Positions 25,735 to 37,142 are shown, counted from the first letter of the stretch. The stretch: 64,000 nt of DNA from a virus (IMGVR_UViG_3300020161_002811:1-64000); one strand, 5' to 3'. The notes: generated by a model not told the origin, from the letters alone. Numbers and translations are program-made.

Positions 25735-27000
25735 TTAGTTGTATTGAATAATTAAATCAGACAAAACTGGAGCTGTTGTGTCATTTGCCACACTTAAGGT
25801 GACTTCAATCCATACATGATTATTGGCGCCCGGATTTTCTAAACTATATGTTCCACCATTGTCATATATAATTCTATAGTCAAAAACATTGCCTATTTGA
25901 CTTAGGGGTACATTATATATTTTTGGCGTAACGTTAGTTATTTCATCAATTACATCACCAATCTTTGGGGTATACTTTATTATTGTTCTTCCAGTTGGTA
26001 AGAATTTGTCATACCTTATGTCAAGATCTGAAAGACCATAAGTATATATATAATTTCCAAGTTCTGTAAAGTAATTCTTTTGATTAAATTTTATCCTTAT
26101 AGCAGTGATGTCCGTACTGGGGAATTGATAACATAGTGGTCCTGAATTCTTTACTGAATCCGTCCCAGCTGTATTCCACCCACCAGGTGGAACCTTACCT
26201 ATTGCAGAAATATCTCCATCATAGTACCCTTTAGAATTAAGCGGTATCCATGTATCACTATCTGATAATGATGGATCTGTATTAGTGGTGTATTCTATTG
26301 AATAAATTTCTACCCCAAATGCTGGGAAGGGATTAAGTTTAATTGTATTTGTCTTACTTGATCCTGATATTTCTGGAGACACTCTCACATAGAGCATCAT
26401 CTGAGCTCCAGTTACTGGATTACTAGGTGAGATTACTGTTCTTTTCCAAACCTTATCTGGAGAGTCTAGAATAGCATTGTATACGGGAGTGGAGTCAATA
26501 ATAGCCCCATTGGTGTCTACTCCGGCAAAACTGAGACTTAGCATGGTCTTAAAGTAATCGGGGACAATCTGTCCGACACCCGGCTGCCCAAATTTGAGTT
26601 TTGAAAAAGATCCGCTAGACACTTTAGGTAGGGAAATTACGTTATACGTTGGATCAAAACTTAATAGTTCAGTACCCGCTACGGCAAAACTTGTTCCAAT
26701 AAAATTAGAATAATCTAGCTGAGAAAATGAGTGAATAGATAAAGTATTGCTATCAGATTCTAAAGCTTTAATTCTATCGGAAATATCATTAATTGCATTC
26801 GATAGGAAGGCGTGATCCTTGAGGACTCTCTCGAAGGCATCTGACAGTTTTGTGTCAACCATATTTGATTTATTATATAAATATACTAAATCTTGATAGT
26901 TTTCTTCTATTCTAGAATTATAATCAGAGCTGTCAACAGGTCCGTTATACTTATAATCTCTTTTTTTGGTTTTTAAAATATCTGCCATTTCAGTTGCCAT
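25735..27000 (-). CDS. virion/baseplate structural protein (paralogue family member 1)
   Basis: Beta-rich; shares YxYGLxD and C-terminal PxL motifs with the three larger upstream genes. Confidence 0.65.
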   Translation of the reverse strand: MATEMADILKTKKRDYKYNGPVDSSDYNSRIEENYQDLVYLYNKSNMVDTKLSDAFERVLKDHAFLSNAINDISDRIKALESDSNTLSIHSFSQLDYSNFIGTSFAVAGTELLSFDPTYNVISLPKVSSGSFSKLKFGQPGVGQIVPDYFKTMLSLSFAGVDTNGAIIDSTPVYNAILDSPDKVWKRTVISPSNPVTGAQMMLYVRVSPEISGSSKTNTIKLNPFPAFGVEIYSIEYTTNTDPSLSDSDTWIPLNSKGYYDGDISAIGKVPPGGWNTAGTDSVKNSGPLCYQFPSTDITAIRIKFNQKNYFTELGNYIYTYGLSDLDIRYDKFLPTGRTIIKYTPKIGDVIDEITNVTPKIYNVPLSQIGNVFDYRIIYDNGGTYSLENPGANNHVWIEVTLSVANDTTAPVLSDLIIQYN

Positions 27001-27385
27001 TTTCTAATAGTGAAACTTTGTAAAATAATCTAGCTAATTTACCACTTAGCTTATTCATGGTATCTACCTCAAATGTATTCTCGATAGAATCTATATCATC
27101 TATATAGATACCTACGCCATCAATAGCATAACTTATTCCATCGTCTAGTTTTGAGTTTTCGTTATAATCTATAATATCTCCGATAAGATACGTTATCTTA
27201 TCTAAAACCGTTAAATCTACTGTTGTAAGTTCATTTAATATTCTTGCAAAATCAATTTTTAATAAATTACTCTCTAAGTTTTCAGACAAACTATTTCTTG
27301 GAGACTTAAATTTTACTCTATTTAATTGAAATAAAGGTTCTTTAATTCTATTTTTATTTTCGGTCTTATTAAAAGTAATAGCCAT
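26990..27385 (-). CDS. hypothetical virion protein
   Basis: ORF track; inside the structural operon; short coiled coils. Confidence 0.6.
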   Translation of the reverse strand: MAITFNKTENKNRIKEPLFQLNRVKFKSPRNSLSENLESNLLKIDFARILNELTTVDLTVLDKITYLIGDIIDYNENSKLDDGISYAIDGVGIYIDDIDSIENTFEVDTMNKLSGKLARLFYKVSLLENGN

Positions 27386-27386
27386 T

Positions 27387-29531
27387 TTAGCCTTCTTCGC
27401 TATGCTTGAATTTAACTCTTATACTATCTATCGATGGTGATACTAACGGGTTGCTTGACCTATATAAATCTGCCCTATATCTAATTGCATCAATGGGTCT
27501 AGTTATCTCTGAATAATACTTAATCTGAGACACACCATGTAGATATTGTGATGCAATGATTTCTCTAGAGCCCAATACATTATCTATAGTAAATGTAAAA
27601 GATGAATCTGATACACGTTGCCTAAATTCATATGGATCTAGATAGGTAAAATAATCTAAGAACAAAGTTCCATAGTCAGATATTGATTTTCCAGACATGA
27701 TATTGAAAGTTATTAACCCTTCAAAATTTTTATCATACGCAATTTTTATAAAGTTTATTCCCTTTTTAAAGTTCCATTCAACATCTTTACTAAGTGTTCC
27801 ACTAGGAAGATCAGCTATTAGGGTATCATTAAGGTATATGGCTAAGTTAAAATCTTCCCTACTCTTTGTCACTACATGTACAGCGTTGTTTTCTGAATCG
27901 CAGTTAATCTTAGCGTCTAGCAGGCCTGAGCATATACCATAAAAGCCTGGACTAATGGAACTTAATTGGTTTACTATTGGGGAGCTAATGGTTACATCTG
28001 ATCCATTGGCAGCGTTTACTTTTTCACTCCATACATTTAATGCCCTGTATATTTCTACTGCATTTACGGATGAGGATCTTACTATCGAATAATTTTTAAA
28101 TGAATTTATTCCAGACAAAATAAATGGTTGCTTCATAACTTCCGTGCCAACTACTGCTATTCTGTAAACGCTCTTATCAAAATATACAGACGTATTAGGA
28201 TTCAACTCATTTACATTAAGGGATGTTGTATTTAAGTCAATTAATTCAAGTCCACCCTTACTTAGTCCACCATTCTCTATGGTTTTCATAGACTTAGTTG
28301 ATGCTTGCAGGTTAACCGATGTTGGATTTGAATTATTATTTGCGTTGATTGGATCAATCGCTATCCAGTTAAAGTTTTCGATTCCAACAGCGGATGGATT
28401 ATCTACTGCTATAAAATAACTTATATCATAGCCGGATCCTGTTTGATGATTTACGTCAAGCGCAACTGATTCTATTGCCAGTAAACCATTGTCAGTGACT
28501 GGAATTGATAATGGCTTAGATATTAGGGTTGCTCTTTTGTCATGATATTTTGCACCTATGAAAAGGTCCCTTAGCCCAAAGGTATACATATAAGGTTTGT
28601 CAGAGTTATTAGAAGTTTCATCAGGATATGTTTTAAATAAAGTTAATTTAATTCTAGAATATTTTAATGGATTAAATGTAAAAGAAAATCTATCATAATC
28701 AGATCTCGAATTCTTGATTTTTATTTGTTCCGGAATTGAAGAATCATTTGGAGTTGCTGTTATAATTACGGTGACTGGACTTGTTGTCAATAGGCTTCCT
28801 TCAATCTTGGATATCGTAAAATTATTATTAATAGGAATATTAATATCCATTGAAGTCAAGGATGATTGTGCTGATTGATGCTTATAACTCCAATAAGTAT
28901 CAGTTAATCCATCTAAAGCATTATCGAAATCATTGATAGACGTATTGCTATAAACCTCTGCTCCGTTTTCAAATATTGAAACTTTTACAGACTGAATATC
29001 TACTATGGACGAAGATATCATATCAAATATACCAGAGCTAATTTTTGGAATAGTTACATTCCCTATGGACGTATCAATAAAAGCGTCCGTTAGCGACATA
29101 TCTATTTGATTTGTATTTGAAAAATTATCAACTAAAGAATAAAAAAATCCATCTGAATTTAAATTAGAAAATATTAACTGATCCACTTTTCCTTCTAATT
29201 CTCTTCTTTTTGTTTTTAAATTTGACAACCTTTTATTTAAAGAAGTTATCGTTGACATCAATTCATAGTTATTTTCATTAACGCATTCATATAGAATTTC
29301 TAGATTGAATAGAGAAGTTATCATTAGCTCATTGAGATCAGAATGATTAATTACATTAGACTGATTTAAGGCATCGTAGTCAACTGAGACGGGAATGCCA
29401 AGTCTATTGTTTGAAAAATATATATTAAATATTTTTCTTATCTCTTGTTCTGAGGGTTTATTGCCAGACGAATAAAATAGTTTATATATATTGTTTAAAA
29501 ATTTTCTTTTTTGTATTGTTGCTATGTTCAT
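27387..29531 (-). CDS. virion/baseplate structural protein (paralogue 2)
   Basis: N-terminal coiled coil, YTFGLRD, C-terminal SPSIDSIRVKFK. Confidence 0.65.
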   Translation of the reverse strand: MNIATIQKRKFLNNIYKLFYSSGNKPSEQEIRKIFNIYFSNNRLGIPVSVDYDALNQSNVINHSDLNELMITSLFNLEILYECVNENNYELMSTITSLNKRLSNLKTKRRELEGKVDQLIFSNLNSDGFFYSLVDNFSNTNQIDMSLTDAFIDTSIGNVTIPKISSGIFDMISSSIVDIQSVKVSIFENGAEVYSNTSINDFDNALDGLTDTYWSYKHQSAQSSLTSMDINIPINNNFTISKIEGSLLTTSPVTVIITATPNDSSIPEQIKIKNSRSDYDRFSFTFNPLKYSRIKLTLFKTYPDETSNNSDKPYMYTFGLRDLFIGAKYHDKRATLISKPLSIPVTDNGLLAIESVALDVNHQTGSGYDISYFIAVDNPSAVGIENFNWIAIDPINANNNSNPTSVNLQASTKSMKTIENGGLSKGGLELIDLNTTSLNVNELNPNTSVYFDKSVYRIAVVGTEVMKQPFILSGINSFKNYSIVRSSSVNAVEIYRALNVWSEKVNAANGSDVTISSPIVNQLSSISPGFYGICSGLLDAKINCDSENNAVHVVTKSREDFNLAIYLNDTLIADLPSGTLSKDVEWNFKKGINFIKIAYDKNFEGLITFNIMSGKSISDYGTLFLDYFTYLDPYEFRQRVSDSSFTFTIDNVLGSREIIASQYLHGVSQIKYYSEITRPIDAIRYRADLYRSSNPLVSPSIDSIRVKFKHSEEG

Positions 29532-31723
29532 GATCTTTTAACCTTAGCTATTAATTGGTAAGAATATATACTTGGAGTGAAATTTATTCTATTTTTTTTA
29601 ACTATTTTTATCTTAACTAAAATATTTTTTACCTCTTTTGGTATCGTGGGATAGTTAAGGTATGACGCACCAGAAAGTCTGTATTCATTCAGGACTGATT
29701 GATTAAAGAATAAAACTTCTGGTACACCTGAAAAGTCTAATTGTATAGGAGATATTTGAATCCAATTGCTGCCATTGTCCACTGAGATATATCCTAATAT
29801 AGATACATTTTTTAGCATTTCTTCATCAATATTGGAATCAATATCTAGCATTACTGACTCTACCGGAAAATCAAAACTGAATGGTAACGAAATTATTTCC
29901 AATTGTGAATTAAAGGTTTCTTTATAAACTTCTATATCCCTTAACCCTATGCACCAGCGCTTAGCCGGATATCTTTCCTTGGCTGTTTGTACTGGTACTC
30001 TATAGTTTTTTACTCTTTCCTGTGCAGTAAAGGATTGCTCCACTACGGTTATCATATTGACGGTACTTCCGTCGTCTAACAGCGTCGGGGTGGCCTGATC
30101 TAAAAGATAAATATTTATTAAATCGTCAAAATCTTGTTGGGCGGCTTCAATCGTGTCATAGTTTTTATTTTTTATTTCATCTTCGGTAACATCTATAGAA
30201 TCTAGAAATCTTGGAACTCGTATCACTATGAAATTGCCATTTGCATCTCTGTCGGAAGAATTTTCTGAAAACCATCCTTCAAAATACGCTTTTACCTGTT
30301 GATTAGAGGGGTTAGTTATGCTAACTTCTATGACGTAAAATTTTCTTGCAACTGGTTTCTTTTTAATCGAAACATCAACGGACTTAAAAGCCTGCCCTAA
30401 TTTTGAATATTCTGTTGGATTTGAGACCGTAGGAAGAAGACTGTACTTATTGTATTCTACCTTTTCATATATATCTTTATTTAAAGCGTCAGGGTTAAAG
30501 CGTTCCAAGTTTACAAAGGGGTTATTTATATTTGAAGAGGTCGGCTTCCAGTACACATGTTGAATCTCTACATTGGAATACTCTGGCTGTTTAAATGAAA
30601 CTTGAATTTTAAAGACTCGTCTCTCCGCAAATCTTATTGTTGCCTTACTATAAAAATATGATTTAGCCATTTGTAGATTAAGTGGAACCAATGAAGATCC
30701 TATGTATATCGGAGCATCAAGTGCTTCTTGTGATACCCCATCTTTTCCATATATTAATACGCTAGTAACTTCTACGTATTTCATTGAGCCAAAATATGGA
30801 GTGATATCTATGCTATTGGCAACAGGGCTACTAGAGGAAGTTAATTCTAGATCGAGCACCAGAGGGTCTGTAGTGTTGTGAGTCGACCAATCTATTAAAT
30901 CACTTTCACTAGTATTTGAGCTGCTAAATTCAGATTTAATATACTTAAACTCATTTTCCCTTGCCGGGATAGAAGGTTGGGGTGTCGGTCTACTCTTGTC
31001 GACATTCAATGCTTCGTATTCAAAATATGTTAGAGGATTAGAATCTTTTAAACTGGTAAGATTATTTAAAGTAGAACTATTTTGATATATATATTTATAT
31101 TCACTACTTTCTTCCGAATCTATTGCCTTGGTTACCTGGTGGCTATTGCCGATAAAACCTCCGGAACTTAGAACTTTTGCTGCATTAGCGTTCCATTTTT
31201 GAGTAGCGGATACGGGCAGGGTCATTACTCCATTTTTAATTAATGGATTTAGTCCAGCTTGTATTTTTGAATAGTCTATCAAGTCATCATTATCGAAAGA
31301 GTCTCCTACGTAAAAAATGTCATCAGCTGGACTTCTAGAGTACATCTGTAAAATTTTAGATTTTGATGCTATTCTTTCTGAAAATCTTTTTTCATTTTCT
31401 ATTTCTGTTGAAAACAAATTAAATATACTGATTGACTTTGCGTTCAAAAGATCGACTTGACTAGCTATAGTATTGAGATCGGTTGAGCATCCGTCAAAAA
31501 ATAGATTAATCTTTGAGGATATTGGTGGCTCACCTTTAATGAATGGATCATACTGAGTTAAGGGTGCACCTATTTGTTCCTGCACTTCAGTCAAAATGTT
31601 TGAATACTCACTAGCTATTTCTTCTTTAGAAAAGATTCCCGTAGAATTAACTATGCTAATCAATCTAGATACTTTGATTAATAATTGCTGATACGATAAT
31701 AGGTTTGCAGATAATTGTGTCAT
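29528..31723 (-). CDS. virion/baseplate structural protein (paralogue 3)
   Basis: WCIGLRD, C-terminal TPSIYSYQLIAK. Confidence 0.65.
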   Translation of the reverse strand: MTQLSANLLSYQQLLIKVSRLISIVNSTGIFSKEEIASEYSNILTEVQEQIGAPLTQYDPFIKGEPPISSKINLFFDGCSTDLNTIASQVDLLNAKSISIFNLFSTEIENEKRFSERIASKSKILQMYSRSPADDIFYVGDSFDNDDLIDYSKIQAGLNPLIKNGVMTLPVSATQKWNANAAKVLSSGGFIGNSHQVTKAIDSEESSEYKYIYQNSSTLNNLTSLKDSNPLTYFEYEALNVDKSRPTPQPSIPARENEFKYIKSEFSSSNTSESDLIDWSTHNTTDPLVLDLELTSSSSPVANSIDITPYFGSMKYVEVTSVLIYGKDGVSQEALDAPIYIGSSLVPLNLQMAKSYFYSKATIRFAERRVFKIQVSFKQPEYSNVEIQHVYWKPTSSNINNPFVNLERFNPDALNKDIYEKVEYNKYSLLPTVSNPTEYSKLGQAFKSVDVSIKKKPVARKFYVIEVSITNPSNQQVKAYFEGWFSENSSDRDANGNFIVIRVPRFLDSIDVTEDEIKNKNYDTIEAAQQDFDDLINIYLLDQATPTLLDDGSTVNMITVVEQSFTAQERVKNYRVPVQTAKERYPAKRWCIGLRDIEVYKETFNSQLEIISLPFSFDFPVESVMLDIDSNIDEEMLKNVSILGYISVDNGSNWIQISPIQLDFSGVPEVLFFNQSVLNEYRLSGASYLNYPTIPKEVKNILVKIKIVKKNRINFTPSIYSYQLIAKVKRS

Positions 31724-31733
31724 GTAGGTCTCT

Positions 31734-34337
31734 TTATCTTAAATAAGAATTTAATTTTTCATAGTATGGATCATAATTTATTGTTTTCATTTTTAATATT
31801 AAACTATCAATTGATATTGGATTTGTTGATTCCGTTATGTTTTTTCTTAGAATTATCCTAAATCTTAAATCATTTGGGATGTACTGATACATTACATTAA
31901 AGGGAGTATTTATGTTTTTATTAAAAATAATTCCTTGTCCACTGTGAATGAAAATAGTATTATTAGTATCATAAAAACTACTTTCCTGAGAAGCGGAAGT
32001 ATAGTTAGTTATATTAAGAGCATAAGATCCGTCTGATAACTGAACCCTTACCGGAGAGTATCCAGCAAAGTTGCCCGAAAAACTAGTACCAGTAACCCTA
32101 CTATAAAAGGCATTGGTTGCCGCTCCGGCGCTAACGTAGGGAGTGTATGACAACCTAATGTAGCCATTAGAGTCAGTTTGCTTAAATCGTTCACCTGGTC
32201 CATTTTCTGTCCCAAAAGATTTAACTGATTCAAGAAATATATTTTGTCTAATAAAATCAATTTCATCTGGTGAAGACGAGGAATAATCTAAGGAGTAACT
32301 AGCAACATAGGTATCTACTTGATTGAAGGATTCAGCAGACAATGTAATTGTTTTATTATTGTTTGAATAAACATAGCTAGCACTACCTCTTGGCATGAGC
32401 ATGCCGTTCTTGTAGACATTTATAGAATTGCCTATGGCATTAAAACGAAGAGTTGCTTTTTTAGATGCGGGATCAAAAAATAGCATTTCAGATTCTATAA
32501 AAGAAACACCGTAAGGAACTATGGGAGTCCAATCTGACTCTGTGTTGGGGGCAGGCTTATTAGAGATTGACACTTCATATGATGCCGCAGATCCTAAATC
32601 TAACCGAGAAGGTACTAGTGAGAGGGAATTGTTCGCCTGATTAAGTTTCACCTTTAAGGCTGTTATTTGTCCATCTACTGGAATTTTCTTACTAACAAAA
32701 ACAGCCTTATTGCTTGCTTGACCTAAGGTTTCAATGAGCTCTATGGATTTTAGTGAAAAAGAATACTCGTAAGATTCTTCAGATTCTGCAATTTGAGAAT
32801 TATTAACTGCATTAATATTAGGAAAAGAAATTATTGGATCAGAAAATTGATTACGATAATCCGCTATTTTATTTGACGCATTATATTGAGTAAATCCGGT
32901 TTGATTGATTTTACTTGTAACCCTGCTATTCATTCCCATTTCTAAATATTCTTTGTTATCAAAAATATTTAACTTACCAGAAAATCCATCTAACATTGTG
33001 TTGATTAGATTTATAAATATTGGAGTATTGGAAAATACATTTTTATCTTCCATAATTAAGGAATTAAAATCTTTAATTTGTTCGTTTAGAGTTGAAATAT
33101 ATGAACTAAACTCAGAAGGAAATCTATAAGTATAGTAATCATTATCTAGGTAGTCATTTTTGGACAGGCCAGCTATCGTATTTTTCCTAACAAAGAACCA
33201 ATAAACTATATCTTGAAATTTACTAAACCTCTTAGCCCTATCATTAATTACCCCCCTAACAAAAGAGTCTAATACTTTTGAGTTTAACTCTGAAGATAGA
33301 GCAGCCTTGTTTGATCTAGTATAGTTTGCTTGATTGAAAATGAATATAATTTTTTTTACCCTTTTTTGATCAAATCTTAATTCAAAGACTCCATTAATTA
33401 GCTTTGGCCGATCTAATAGGGTTGTATAATTTTCTGCGGCGTTTCTATTATTCGACTGCTGTGGCGAACTATGGAATACTACTACCTGAAGAATTTGAAA
33501 GTTATTAGATTCATTTGGATTAAATCTAATAGTATCAATATTTATGCTACGCTGCAATTCGATTTCGGCGGATGTGACTGCGCCTTTGACTAGTGAATAA
33601 TCATACTTGATATATTTTAAAAATTCTGTGATTTGAGATTCAAGTATAACTGGACTCTTGACAGTTATAGTCCATGAGTCTGATAGATTATCATTAAATA
33701 AATTAAAAAAATCATTATTAGTAGTTATGTAGTTATTATAATTTGTTTTAATATTAATATTTTTAATGTTTCTAATTATGTTTTTTGTATCTTGAGAATT
33801 GCCAATCTTAAAAACTCCAACAGATCCATCCACAAAGGCATTTCCGTTTTCTCCAAATTTAATATTATCTCTATCAGGAATATTAAATATAATATTATCT
33901 GACCTGTAGTCATTAATGAGACTATCAAATTTTTCTATATAGTTAGCGTTGAAGAGATCATCTTTGCCAGATATAAATTCGTAATTATCAATAAATAATT
34001 CTAATTTATCTAAATCATTTTGAACTTTATCTATTTCTGAAGAAAAAATATCTACCATAGACGAGAGGACTAGGCCATTAGCATTTGCTGCAGAGAAGAG
34101 CTGTTGCTCCCTTAGATACAAATTTCTAAATGAGTCAATTAATATTTCTTTTGAGATTACAGAAAATGTTGGTATCCGTGACGCTGAAAAGTTTTTATCA
34201 ACTACATTATTATTCATCTTATCTACTAGTGATGATAGCTCTACTTTAGAAATTTTCATACTTTTAATTAAAGAAGAAATACTAGTTCTAGTTGAAGAGG
34301 AGTACTGATTTATGGTTTCTGGTAAATAATTTAACAT
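31734..34337 (-). CDS. virion/baseplate structural protein (paralogue 4)
   Basis: YSFSLKS, C-terminal PISIDSLILKMK. Confidence 0.65.
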   Translation of the reverse strand: MLNYLPETINQYSSSTRTSISSLIKSMKISKVELSSLVDKMNNNVVDKNFSASRIPTFSVISKEILIDSFRNLYLREQQLFSAANANGLVLSSMVDIFSSEIDKVQNDLDKLELFIDNYEFISGKDDLFNANYIEKFDSLINDYRSDNIIFNIPDRDNIKFGENGNAFVDGSVGVFKIGNSQDTKNIIRNIKNINIKTNYNNYITTNNDFFNLFNDNLSDSWTITVKSPVILESQITEFLKYIKYDYSLVKGAVTSAEIELQRSINIDTIRFNPNESNNFQILQVVVFHSSPQQSNNRNAAENYTTLLDRPKLINGVFELRFDQKRVKKIIFIFNQANYTRSNKAALSSELNSKVLDSFVRGVINDRAKRFSKFQDIVYWFFVRKNTIAGLSKNDYLDNDYYTYRFPSEFSSYISTLNEQIKDFNSLIMEDKNVFSNTPIFINLINTMLDGFSGKLNIFDNKEYLEMGMNSRVTSKINQTGFTQYNASNKIADYRNQFSDPIISFPNINAVNNSQIAESEESYEYSFSLKSIELIETLGQASNKAVFVSKKIPVDGQITALKVKLNQANNSLSLVPSRLDLGSAASYEVSISNKPAPNTESDWTPIVPYGVSFIESEMLFFDPASKKATLRFNAIGNSINVYKNGMLMPRGSASYVYSNNNKTITLSAESFNQVDTYVASYSLDYSSSSPDEIDFIRQNIFLESVKSFGTENGPGERFKQTDSNGYIRLSYTPYVSAGAATNAFYSRVTGTSFSGNFAGYSPVRVQLSDGSYALNITNYTSASQESSFYDTNNTIFIHSGQGIIFNKNINTPFNVMYQYIPNDLRFRIILRKNITESTNPISIDSLILKMKTINYDPYYEKLNSYLR

Positions 34338-34338
34338 T

Positions 34339-37113
34339 TTAGTTCCAGTCTTCTCCGCTCATATCCTGGAGGTCAAATACAACTCCAGCCGTAAGGTTAT
34401 TTTGAATTATACTATATATTTCTTTTTCGTCAATAAAATTATCTTTGACTTCTTCTGGTATTCTAATTATAACATATCCACCCCTACTATATGCGTGTCC
34501 CTGTGGAGGATATGTATCCCAGTAGGATAGTATTTCGTCTATATTTTCAATGATTTCTGAGTTTTGGATAGATGCCTTTACTCCACCACCTCTTAATCTT
34601 AAGTCTGACAATTCTGGATTTTCTCTATTGGGATTATTTGTTACATAGATAATGGCTATCATTAAAGCAAATGGATCATAGTTAATGGAAAGTATGTCAA
34701 AAATTGTTGGATCATAAGTAAAGTTTATACTCTGTGCATAATCATGATCTAATACTTCTGTATATTGAACTGGCAGTGAATTCGCATTGGTATATGTTTT
34801 CTTGTATATGTTTTTTGGAGTTATATATATATAAAGTGGTTTGTCAAACTCAATAACGTCTGCATTTAATAGGGGGTTTAGGGGAATGGGATTTCCATCT
34901 ACTTGCCTTAGTAAAATATTTTTATTTTCGGTTGTATAAGAAACTTTAATGAGAGAATTGCTTGATGGCACCAGTGGGCGCTTAAAGGTAATCACTCCGG
35001 TATAGGAGTTTATATCTTTAATTAATCGGTATGGTATTTCAACCCATTCACTATTTGCCGTTTCCTTTGTGAATACTTTAATTTCACTTTTAATTAATCC
35101 AGCTATGGATGATGAATAACTTGTTGGGTGATTCCAGTTTAATATTGGAGTTCTTTTTACTTTTATATTTTTGCTATCTAATATTATAGGATATTCTTCT
35201 GTGACATCATAATAGCCATGACCATATATTTTTGACCAAGAAATATTTTGCTGATCTAGCGTACTGTATTGTGCCAGTAAAGACTGACCTTTGTAGTCTT
35301 TCTTCCAATCAAACCACTGATTCCTTTCAGAAATAAGTATTTCTTTTGAAAAAGCGCCGGGCGAGACAGGGAGTTCCCATGAGTCAAATTTAGATAGATT
35401 TGGACTTATTTCATTAACCTTAATTGAGCTTGAGGAATTATATTTTACAGAATATACTGGAACTAGATACTTTAACGGGACTCTACTTGGTATAAATGTA
35501 CTAGAATTATTAAGACCAAAAAACTCATTATCACCAGGTTTTCCATCTGCATCTAGTGCGCATATTCCAATGAATATATTTTGAACATTTCTGCTTAAAG
35601 AATTTTCTGACCTTGAATAAAAGTCAACATAATTTAAATAATTTCCTAAGAATTCTTTTTTCTCTATATCATAGAATCCATACTTAATGCCATCGTCTGG
35701 AAATTCACTAGTAATTGAAAAGTATCCATACTGCAGGTCCCTTTCTTGAAGATCTATTGCATTTTGTAATGACATATCCTCGATGGCGGATCTTATTTGA
35801 CCAATGGTTGGAATTCCTATTGGCTTACCTTCTTCATTACAAAAGAGCAAGACTCCATCCCCATAGTTTATGGTATTTTTATCGATTGCAGATAGTACAG
35901 TTCCTGACACTGTTCTCATTCGATTGGCGGACAAATCAATTGAACTTGTTGCCACTATTGAATCACCATAATATGTTGCTGATGTTTCAACCTTAAGTAT
36001 GTTGTTATTGTTGGAGACGGAAACTGGGGTGCCTTCTAATATATCTTGACCTGCAGATGTAATATTGTCCAAGGATATATTCGACAATATAATAGGCTGA
36101 TCTGTGTCGATGTTAGAGAATGAATTAACTCTTATGTCATCATTATTGTAACCAGTTGTATTCAATGTCTTTGCATCGCCGGAAGTAAAAGTAATAGATG
36201 TATTGACTCCTTCTACCTTTGAGGGATATTCAATTTTAGAAATATAATGATTACCGTTCCTCAATGAAGTCAAAGATTTAAGATTATCTAGACTATTCAG
36301 TGCCACTAACTTTGATGTGCTTGGGGAGATATTTTCAACGGCACCAGATATTGAAACGCTAACGGTAATTGGCAGAGGGGAATAGACAGTATCAGTTCGC
36401 GGAACTGACAAGGGTCCGGGTTGAACTATTCCATCTACGTCTATCCTTGCAATGGAAAACCCTTCAGCTTGTCCAAAGCCAGATATCTTATTGCCAATAA
36501 GGTTAATGCACATATACTTTGCGTCTAATGTGCTCCTGCCATTCATTGGAATTGTTACAGTCCCAGACTGTGCTGATAAATCTAATAATTCAAGTCCGCT
36601 AAGTTTAAAAATATCAGTTTGATAAGTAGGGGACCATCCGATTAAGGCAACTTTGAATTGTCTCCATTTAGGATCTGAATCTGCCGTAATAATAATATTA
36701 TTTATCTTTAATATATCATCTGGTATTTCAAAGAAAATAACATCTGATGCTACAGAGGGACCGGTTACTCCACTAAAGCTTAGTTTTTTATATGATTTGT
36801 TAGAATTAATTGACGAAGTAGTTCCCATATTTTCAACGGCAATAATATACTTTCTTATATCCTCTGAGGCGAGGTTCTTCCAGTCTTGAAATAATCCTGG
36901 AGTTGATGACTTCATATTCAGCCAGAATTTAGCTAAATACCATTTAGTTTCGCTATCTACTTTGCCATCAATAAATCTTTGATTATTATTTGCTTGAAAA
37001 ACCTTAACGGAGGATTTTGTCTTTGGACCATATAGCCCATCTATGGCCTTAGAATAATATCCATTAGCTGCTAATGTATACTGTATATATTTTACGTATT
37101 CATGTGATGACAT
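34339..37113 (-). CDS. large virion protein with N-terminal peptidoglycan-binding domain
   Basis: YVKYIQYTLAANGY...IDGLYGPKTKSSVKVFQ...IDGKVDSETK, typical of PG_binding_1. Confidence 0.7.
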   Translation of the reverse strand: MSSHEYVKYIQYTLAANGYYSKAIDGLYGPKTKSSVKVFQANNNQRFIDGKVDSETKWYLAKFWLNMKSSTPGLFQDWKNLASEDIRKYIIAVENMGTTSSINSNKSYKKLSFSGVTGPSVASDVIFFEIPDDILKINNIIITADSDPKWRQFKVALIGWSPTYQTDIFKLSGLELLDLSAQSGTVTIPMNGRSTLDAKYMCINLIGNKISGFGQAEGFSIARIDVDGIVQPGPLSVPRTDTVYSPLPITVSVSISGAVENISPSTSKLVALNSLDNLKSLTSLRNGNHYISKIEYPSKVEGVNTSITFTSGDAKTLNTTGYNNDDIRVNSFSNIDTDQPIILSNISLDNITSAGQDILEGTPVSVSNNNNILKVETSATYYGDSIVATSSIDLSANRMRTVSGTVLSAIDKNTINYGDGVLLFCNEEGKPIGIPTIGQIRSAIEDMSLQNAIDLQERDLQYGYFSITSEFPDDGIKYGFYDIEKKEFLGNYLNYVDFYSRSENSLSRNVQNIFIGICALDADGKPGDNEFFGLNNSSTFIPSRVPLKYLVPVYSVKYNSSSSIKVNEISPNLSKFDSWELPVSPGAFSKEILISERNQWFDWKKDYKGQSLLAQYSTLDQQNISWSKIYGHGYYDVTEEYPIILDSKNIKVKRTPILNWNHPTSYSSSIAGLIKSEIKVFTKETANSEWVEIPYRLIKDINSYTGVITFKRPLVPSSNSLIKVSYTTENKNILLRQVDGNPIPLNPLLNADVIEFDKPLYIYITPKNIYKKTYTNANSLPVQYTEVLDHDYAQSINFTYDPTIFDILSINYDPFALMIAIIYVTNNPNRENPELSDLRLRGGGVKASIQNSEIIENIDEILSYWDTYPPQGHAYSRGGYVIIRIPEEVKDNFIDEKEIYSIIQNNLTAGVVFDLQDMSGEDWN

Positions 37114-37142
37114 ATCTTTTAGCTCTCATGTGCTAGTATTTT

